This document shows, piece after piece, positions 57,335-64,000 of a DNA stretch of 64,000 nucleotides. Source of the stretch: Phycisphaerae bacterium (lineage in GTDB: Bacteria; Planctomycetota; Phycisphaerae; UBA1845); contig CAXXGO010000001.1 in the NCBI GenBank assembly GCA_963666835.2, forward strand, positions 1,024,001 to 1,088,000. The letters are read 5' to 3'. The position numbers and the translations under genes were made by a program. Within the stretch, counting starts at the first letter, position 1. Every line of letters starts with the position of its first letter. A model generated the notes under the pieces. The model did no database searches. It was not told where the DNA came from and saw only the letters and a list, made by a program, of their open reading frames with translations.

Positions 57335-58042
57335 TCAATGCGCCGCCAGGCGCTGCCGCAGCCAGTCCACGGTTACACCCTTCTCGGCGAGCAGGTCGGC
57401 CACGCGGCCGGTCGGATCGCGCATCAGCCCCAGCAAGAGGTGTTGCGGCTCTATCTCCCCGGCTCCCAGGCGGTTCGCCGAGTCCACGGCCAGTATCAGC
57501 GTGTGCCAGAAGGTGGGTGAGCGGAAGGCCTTGGCTAACTCCTGCTGATGGACCCATTCGAAGTCGCCGTGCCGGGAGTGGGCCACATCGTGCGACGGCT
57601 CCGTAGCTGAGCGGAGCAAGGCCAGCGTCTTCTCCCGCAGTTGACCGAAATCAACATTCTGGTCGCGCAGTACCTTAGCGGCGATGCTCTCCCCCTGAGC
57701 GAGAATGCCGAGGATCAGGTGTTCTGTTCCGACGTAGCGGTGGTTGAACTTGCGGGCCTCTTCGATCGCCAGGCTGATGACCGCCCGAAGTTCCTCGGTG
57801 TGGGCGCGGCGCCCCAACACACTTGCGGCTTCGCCTTTCTCCATGCGCTCACAGATCTCCGCCCGGACCTTGTCCAAGTCCACGTCGAGCACCCGGAGGG
57901 TCTCGGTGGCCACGCACTCGCCCTCGGCGATGAGCCCCAGCATGAGATGAGCGGGGCTAAGACCGGTGTGGTTCAGCTTACCGGCCTCGAGGTTCGCCAA
58001 CGCCATCGCGTGTCGAGCCCGATCGGAGAATCTCTCATGCAT
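57335..58042 (-). CDS. Stand-alone Clp N-terminal repeat protein (no AAA+ domain)
   Basis: M.ERFSDRAR, H..LGL, EEAR..NH.YVGTEHL.LG, IEP.HLLLGL. Confidence 0.88.
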   Translation of the reverse strand: MHERFSDRARHAMALANLEAGKLNHTGLSPAHLMLGLIAEGECVATETLRVLDVDLDKVRAEICERMEKGEAASVLGRRAHTEELRAVISLAIEEARKFNHRYVGTEHLILGILAQGESIAAKVLRDQNVDFGQLREKTLALLRSATEPSHDVAHSRHGDFEWVHQQELAKAFRSPTFWHTLILAVDSANRLGAGEIEPQHLLLGLMRDPTGRVADLLAEKGVTVDWLRQRLAAH

Positions 58043-58609
58043 GACCGTTTGTCTCCAGAGTATTAAGCGTGTATCGGAACGCTGCGCACACCCTACGAGG
58101 CCGCCACTTCGGCCGTCCTACGGCGAGCAGGGGCGTCGGATGGAACCCGCCATTGCCGGCGCCATTCTATCGCCCGGTTACGGACAAGGCCATGGGTGAA
58201 CCACAACCGAACACAAGAGCGGCCCATTCCAGCGTCCTTGAGAGACTCGATGGTAAGCGGGACACGGGGGCCGATACGTCGACCACGTCAGATCCTAACT
58301 CGTTTGTTAACAAGGTGTACTGTTGTTTGCGAGTGACCGGTGTTGACGCGCGAGCGCCGGTGTTGTCTTCAGGCTAGGACATGAAATCGGGCAAAGGCAG
58401 CGGTATAATGGCGGCTGCGGAGCATGGCTGGTGCACGTAAGAGGCCCTATCTCGCTATCGTTTTCGGTGGCAGCTCGTGGTGGACGGGCTGCTTCTGAAG
58501 CGGATGCTCTATGAAGTAATCGCCTTGCGAGGTTTGACATGTGCGCCGGCCCCTGGCTGCGGAGGCGGCGGATGAGGAGAATCGAGAATTCCAGATGGAG
58601 GAGATGAGC

Positions 58610-61336
58610 ATGTCACGAGGCATCATCAGTATCACCGTCATGTTGTTCGTCAGCACTGCAGTGCTGAGTGTCGAGACCCGAGCCCGAGTCATTAATGAAG
58701 CGGCGACGATCGAGTGCGTGGCGTACGCGGATGGAAACATCCGTGACCGTGATAGCGCGTACGCGTGTCTGCTGAACCGCAAGATCCTCGAGGCCGTATC
58801 GGAGGATGGTCACGGCGTATCCGGCGTTGACTGCGGCAGCGCGATTGTCCTGCCACCCGGTGTCTCGGGAGTGGCAGCGGTCAAGGCGATCGCTTCCGGA
58901 AGCAGGGACAAATCGGAGAGTTGCGCCGTGATGGCAGGATCTGATGCCGGAGCCGATGTGATTCTCGCTGACCTGCAGAGCGTCGTGCGTTACGGCGACG
59001 AAGGGGGTGTCACGGCATTGTCAATCGGCACGACCAACTGCAACGTCGGCACGGAACGAGTTGATTGCCAGTACCGGACGAATAAGCATCCGGTGGAAGG
59101 GCTGGGACTTTATCGACTTAACGGCGACCGGTTTGAACAGATTGGAGCCAGTTGGGTCTTCCACTGGTTCTATGCTCTCTCGGAGAGTTTCTGCGGTCCG
59201 TGCAATGATGTGACGAACGGGTCTCAACTGGGGGTGGGCTGTTCCGACTCTAACTCCGCTTCCCTTCACGCCTGTCAAACGAATCTGAGCCCCAGGTCCA
59301 CAATCAACGCCTACACCGGGTATTTCGCCCATCCATGGGAAGGTTGGGATGATCCGCCGCCAACGTCGATTATCGAGCGTCGTCTTCAAGTTCGGACTGA
59401 CGATCTTGACCCGGTCCGCAACGCAGACGCTCGGTACTTCATCGAGGCTCATCTCATCGGACCGGATGATGCGGCGGCAGGTACGGCCGACAACAACGCA
59501 TCTTATCGAGAGGTTCTTCTAGTCGAGGAACCTCCGGGAATCTACAACCTCGCGGTCGTCGGAGACTGGCGGACTCAGCGCGAGCAGCCGGCGGTCCGGG
59601 CCTGGCAGGATTGCGATTCTTCGGTTGTCGAGACGGATATCCGCGTTCCGGGCGAGGGATTGTTCATTTTGGCGGCCAAGGCCGCTGAGACCCCGACGGG
59701 GACCTGGCGTTACGGGTATGCGCTTCAGAACGTCAATTCGGATCGGAGCGGACAGTCGTTCCGTCTGTCTATCCCCCAAGACGGTATCATAACCAACATT
59801 GCATTTGCTGATGTCGATTATCACAGCGGCGAGATCTATGACGACGCCGACTGGCTGTATACTATCGAGGATGACGCCCTGACCTGGTCGACAGATACCT
59901 TCACCACCAACGAAGACGCAAACGCGTTGCGCTGGGGGACGATGTACACTTTCTCCTTTGAGACCACTTCACCGCCGGTTGCGACGACCGCCACGCTCGG
60001 TCTCTTCAAGCCCGGTGTCCCCGACGATGTTCTCGTCGATACCATAGGCCCGACCCTTGCGATGGTCGACTGCAATGGGAATGGCAATGACGATCGGTGT
60101 GACGTCGACTGCGGACATCCCGGTTGTGACGAACCCTGCGGCGGTAGCATCGATTGCGATGCCAACGGCGTTCCCGACGAGTGCGAGCAAGACTGCAACG
60201 CCAACGGTATAGCCGACCAGTGTGACCTGGACGGCTGTCTGCCCGGTGAGCTCTGGTGTGCCGACTGCAATGGCAACTCGGTGCCGGATGGGTGTGACCC
60301 GGATTGCGACGGCGACGGCATTCCGGACGATTGTGACGTCATGGATGACGCGGATGGCGACGGGGTCCCCGACTGCTTCGACCTTTGTTCTTGCACTCCG
60401 GGGCTCTGCGTTTGCCCGGAGGTGGATCGGTGCTGCTGGCCGTTCGGCCTGTGCCTCGAGGGCATTTCTCGGGATGTGTGCCTCGAAAGCGCTGGGACCC
60501 CGGATTGCGTGGAGTGGCCTTGTGAGGACGGTTGCATCACCGCCGAGTTTGACTGTAATAACAACGGCATTGCGGATATTCGTGACGTCAGGTGCGGTCC
60601 GGGCGATGGTTGCGAACCGCCGTGTGGAACCAGTGCGGACTGCAATGACAACGGTATTCCTGACCGTTGCGACCTTGCCGAAGGAACGAGCGAGGACTGT
60701 CAGCCGGACGGTGTTCCCGATGAGTGCCAACTAGTCGGCAACGACTGCGATGGCAATGAAGTGCCGGACAGGTGTCAGCCAGATGTCGACCGGGACGGCT
60801 ATATCGACGCTTGCGACAACTGTCCAAACGACTATAACCCGGTCCAGGCGGATCGGGACGGAAACGGGTTGGGCGATGTTTGCGATGCGCACCTTGACAT
60901 CCTTCCCGATCAGTGCCCCAATCGGGTCGGGGCGGACAAGGTGCTGCGGGTTGTCGTCGTGGGGGCTTCGGCGTTTCATGTCCGGCAGATCGATGTGGGC
61001 TCGATGTTCCTGGCGCGGATGGACGGCGACGGCGGCGTGGTCGCGGCAATGGGGCCGCACGATCTGTACCCCCCGGTAATGCGCGACATTGCGTCGCCAA
61101 CGCCCGCGTGTGAGTGTTTGCCGGCGGCGGCCGATGGTCAAACGGACCTGGAGCTGTATTTCTACACCCGCGACGTTGTTCGGCTGCTCAAGCTCGGGAC
61201 CGAATCGGCGGCGTCTGCAGGACCGCTGGTTCTCCGAGGTAGACTTCACGACGGAAGTGAATTCGAGGCCGTCGATTGCCTTTCGTCGGAGCATCCTTCG
61301 CCCGGGGCGATTAAGAGACCGAGGGTGGGCCGATAA
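58610..61336 (+). CDS. Large secreted protein: possible lysyl-oxidase-like domain, beta-sandwich, many DCNxNGxPDxC/TSP3-like Ca-binding repeats
   Basis: GGAGG RBS and signal peptide; repeated DC..NG.PD.C; DNCP..YNP.Q.D.DG.G.GD.CD. Confidence 0.8.
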   Translation: MSRGIISITVMLFVSTAVLSVETRARVINEAATIECVAYADGNIRDRDSAYACLLNRKILEAVSEDGHGVSGVDCGSAIVLPPGVSGVAAVKAIASGSRDKSESCAVMAGSDAGADVILADLQSVVRYGDEGGVTALSIGTTNCNVGTERVDCQYRTNKHPVEGLGLYRLNGDRFEQIGASWVFHWFYALSESFCGPCNDVTNGSQLGVGCSDSNSASLHACQTNLSPRSTINAYTGYFAHPWEGWDDPPPTSIIERRLQVRTDDLDPVRNADARYFIEAHLIGPDDAAAGTADNNASYREVLLVEEPPGIYNLAVVGDWRTQREQPAVRAWQDCDSSVVETDIRVPGEGLFILAAKAAETPTGTWRYGYALQNVNSDRSGQSFRLSIPQDGIITNIAFADVDYHSGEIYDDADWLYTIEDDALTWSTDTFTTNEDANALRWGTMYTFSFETTSPPVATTATLGLFKPGVPDDVLVDTIGPTLAMVDCNGNGNDDRCDVDCGHPGCDEPCGGSIDCDANGVPDECEQDCNANGIADQCDLDGCLPGELWCADCNGNSVPDGCDPDCDGDGIPDDCDVMDDADGDGVPDCFDLCSCTPGLCVCPEVDRCCWPFGLCLEGISRDVCLESAGTPDCVEWPCEDGCITAEFDCNNNGIADIRDVRCGPGDGCEPPCGTSADCNDNGIPDRCDLAEGTSEDCQPDGVPDECQLVGNDCDGNEVPDRCQPDVDRDGYIDACDNCPNDYNPVQADRDGNGLGDVCDAHLDILPDQCPNRVGADKVLRVVVVGASAFHVRQIDVGSMFLARMDGDGGVVAAMGPHDLYPPVMRDIASPTPACECLPAAADGQTDLELYFYTRDVVRLLKLGTESAASAGPLVLRGRLHDGSEFEAVDCLSSEHPSPGAIKRPRVGR

Positions 61337-61568
61337 GAGAATCCACGGTCGCTCGGCGGATATGGCGGGCGGCGAGCAGCGCGCCCTCGTGCGAACCGGT
61401 AAGCCGTTGTTGGTTGCCCTTGGCTGGGAACGGGGATGGAATGTGCGGCGGGCACGCATGTGGGATCGCAGAGGCGACAACGGGTTTAGGGGTTACGCGT
61501 CAGTGGCGGGTTGGGTATGGATGTTTCCATGCCTGCGACCGGAGGATTCGCCAAGCCGGTCTTCTTAT

Positions 61569-62186
61569 TCAGACTGCCACTTCGATCTTGCCCTTTGCAC
61601 TTACGGAGCAAAACCCGGGAACCGAACCCGACGCAATGCCAATGGTAAGATCGGCGCGCGCTGCAAAAGCGATGGGAAACACGCCGGGTTGGCTTCTGCC
61701 GATGGCGGCATAGAAACGGGAGACTTCCTTCGGCGGCAGCGCGCGCATCCCGGACCAGAACCCGACTACAGTGCCATCAGGCAAGAACATGTGCGGTTGG
61801 ATAGACGCAAGATCAGGCTTCTCGCCAGACTTGGCGGCAGTCTGGGGCGCGATGAAGCCGAGCATCTCGGTGCCGTCCGCCAGAGTCAGGGGCGCCTGCA
61901 CAAGGAAGATCGTCTCTGCCGGATCGACGGGGAGGTCCTTGTCCCACGGTCGGAAGGTCTCCTCGTCCGTGTCGTCGTGCCAGGGCTCGTCATAGTCGAT
62001 GACGTGGCAACTGACCCAGACGGGATAGTTCTGGAAGTCTGAAGCGCGAAGATCGCCGAACTGGCGAAGCAAAGGTATGGAGGAGCCCGTCCCCAAACTG
62101 CAACATCCGGATAGTCCGCAACCGCGAACACGGCGGATCAGTATTATGATAGCAACGACGACGCCGGCGGCTATCAGGTACTTCAT
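61569..62186 (-). CDS. Hypothetical membrane-anchored protein
   Basis: N-terminal TM followed by a globular region; lies in the co-directional run after the DinB-family gene. Confidence 0.6.
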   Translation of the reverse strand: MKYLIAAGVVVAIIILIRRVRGCGLSGCCSLGTGSSIPLLRQFGDLRASDFQNYPVWVSCHVIDYDEPWHDDTDEETFRPWDKDLPVDPAETIFLVQAPLTLADGTEMLGFIAPQTAAKSGEKPDLASIQPHMFLPDGTVVGFWSGMRALPPKEVSRFYAAIGRSQPGVFPIAFAARADLTIGIASGSVPGFCSVSAKGKIEVAV

Positions 62187-62235
62187 GTTGCATGTTCCGG
62201 AACTCACGGCAGGCCGTGCGAACTCAACGGTCCTG

Positions 62236-62772
62236 TCACGTCGGCCATCCGGACCTTACCCACGGGACGTCCGGAACGGCGATCAACCGCAATCGCAGAA
62301 GAAGCTGCGCGGCGTGATGCTGAATGTGCCGGATGTTGTAAACATGCAGCTCAGCTCGGGAGAAGGGCAGCCAGTCGAATCCGCAGCGGGCGCTAAGCGT
62401 ATCGGCGGTCTCCGCGGCGATCACTTCCAATGCCTTACCCCGACAGAATGCCATATAGGTGAAGATGGCTTCCTTGTCGTAGAGCAGTTGCGGTTTGCGG
62501 TCTTCCATTTCTTCGTAATCGCGGAAGAAGCCGGGATTGTCGCGATGAAAGGCCTGCCGCTTAAGAGACTCGGTGTCTTGCCCGAGATAACAATCTGCGT
62601 AGAACAATGCGTGGAACACGGCCTGGCAAAACGCGAGGCTCGCCACCGGTGCGTCCCACGCGGAAGCGGGGCATTGTTCGATGCACTTATTCAACGTGCC
62701 AAGCGCCGCCTCGAACTGCCGTGACAGCAACTCCTTCAACGTCTCGACCATTAGCGGGTCTCCTTCAGCCAA
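62236..62772 (-). CDS. DinB/YfiT-family protein
   Basis: L...I..CP...W, FH.LFY.D.YL, YNIRHIQHH.AQL. Confidence 0.85.
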   Translation of the reverse strand: MAEGDPLMVETLKELLSRQFEAALGTLNKCIEQCPASAWDAPVASLAFCQAVFHALFYADCYLGQDTESLKRQAFHRDNPGFFRDYEEMEDRKPQLLYDKEAIFTYMAFCRGKALEVIAAETADTLSARCGFDWLPFSRAELHVYNIRHIQHHAAQLLLRLRLIAVPDVPWVRSGWPT

Positions 62773-62822
62773 AACCTGACGAGCAACTTGCCGGCCCGCA
62801 AGGAAACTCCGGCGACAGCGGC

Positions 62823-63998
62823 TTAACGCAGCCCATAATCACGGAGTTTGCGGTACAAAGTGCGGGCACCGATGCCCAGCGCCTTGGCGGTCTTCTCGCG
62901 GTTGCCGCCGAACATACGCAGGGTGTTCATGATGTGCAGCTTCTCCACGTCAGCCATGGACATACCCGCCAGATTCGGCGGGCCCGCGGGGACGATGTCG
63001 GTCGAAGCCTGCAGAGAGTCCGGCAGGTCGGCCACCTTCAACTGATCGCCATCACCCTCCAGGCACATGCGCTGCACTACGTTGCGCAGCTCCCGAACGT
63101 TGCCCGGCCAGTTATAGTTCACCAGTTTGCGCATCGCGTCGGGGACGATACCGGTAAACGCCGTTTCGTTCTCCCGGTTGGCCTGCTCGATGAAGCGCTG
63201 CACGAGCACCGGGATGTCCTCGCGCCGTTCACGTAGCGGCGGCAGGCGAAGCGCGCCCTGGGCGTGCAGGCGATAGAACAGATCGGCGCGGAACGTCCCC
63301 TCGCGAACCAGTTCCGACAGGTCCCGGTTGGTCGCGGCCACATAGCGGACGTCGAAGTACAACGTATCGTTCGTACCGACCCGGATGACCTCGCCCGTTT
63401 CGAGGGTCCGCAGGAGCTTTGCCTGCATTGCCATAGGCATGTCACCGATCTCGTCAAGGAACAGCGTACCCGCGTCTGCGGCCTGGATCAACCCCTTCCG
63501 ATCAGTCACCGCCCCGGTGAACGCACCTTTGATGTGTCCGAACAACTCGCTTTCCAGCAGGGTCTCGCTCACGGCGGCGCAGTTCAGCACCTTGAAGGGC
63601 TTGCCCGCCCGCGGCGAGTTCTGATGGATGGCCTGGGCGAACAGCTCTTTTCCGGTTCCGGTCTCGCCCACGATAAGAACGGTGCTCTTGCTCCGGGCGA
63701 TCTTCTTGAGGCGTTTGATTTCGCGGAGAATGGCGTCGGACGAACCGATGATCCCGGAGAACTCAAACGCCTGGTCGACCTGCTTACGCAGCAGGCTGGT
63801 TTCGCGCGCGGCGATGGCCTGGCGCGCCGCCCGTTGGACCTTATCGCGCAGAAGGTCGATGTCGATCGGCTTGATGAGGTAGTCGTACGCGCGATACTCG
63901 CTGTCCTGGCTCAGGACTTCGCGGGCGAGCTCTTCACTGCCGTAAGCGGTGATCAAAATCACTTCGGTATCGGGGTTCTGCTGCTTGGCTTTGCGCAA
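62823..63998 (-). CDS. Sigma-54-dependent response regulator (NtrC family), 5'-truncated by the window edge
   Basis: Receiver remnant (ITAYG, YDYLIKP); [37 protein letters not shown]; Fis-type HTH. Confidence 0.95.
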   Translation of the reverse strand: MRKAKQQNPDTEVILITAYGSEELAREVLSQDSEYRAYDYLIKPIDIDLLRDKVQRAARQAIAARETSLLRKQVDQAFEFSGIIGSSDAILREIKRLKKIARSKSTVLIVGETGTGKELFAQAIHQNSPRAGKPFKVLNCAAVSETLLESELFGHIKGAFTGAVTDRKGLIQAADAGTLFLDEIGDMPMAMQAKLLRTLETGEVIRVGTNDTLYFDVRYVAATNRDLSELVREGTFRADLFYRLHAQGALRLPPLRERREDIPVLVQRFIEQANRENETAFTGIVPDAMRKLVNYNWPGNVRELRNVVQRMCLEGDGDQLKVADLPDSLQASTDIVPAGPPNLAGMSMADVEKLHIMNTLRMFGGNREKTAKALGIGARTLYRKLRDYGLR

Positions 63999-64000
63999 AA

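Noticed and set aside
61089..62042. 317-aa plus-strand ORF
   Set aside because: Overlaps two better-supported genes and has non-protein-like composition

Overview
GC-rich bacterial chromosomal region, probably from a planctomycete (Phycisphaerae-like). This is inferred from a TIGR02999-type ECF sigma/Ser-Thr kinase pair, a PEP-CTERM protein, Cys-rich DCNxNGxPDxC repeats and C-terminal dockerin-like tails. I found no rRNA, tRNA, CRISPR array, integrase or transposase. The window contains: (i) a NikR divergon with a visible candidate operator (ECF S component and cupin on one side, nikR and an FmdE-like lipoprotein on the other); (ii) an RND/MFP pair; (iii) an operon of a RimB-like protease, RimK fused to an RCK_C domain, and an M14 deacylase; (iv) an ECF sigma/STK-TPR pair divergent from a secreted cluster (fibre protein, C10 protease, WYTVDGGG protein, PEP-CTERM protein); (v) divergent NSS and AGCS amino-acid symporters; (vi) REP-like elements interspersed with small membrane genes; and (vii) many large secreted modular proteins. 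The best candidate for an undescribed system is a cell-surface fibre system: two signal-peptide proteins share an FTYQGQL N-terminal domain but end in different phage-type self-cleaving chaperones (G2-like and S74), and a small dockerin-tailed protein may act as anchor. All calls come from motif reading only; no searches were run.
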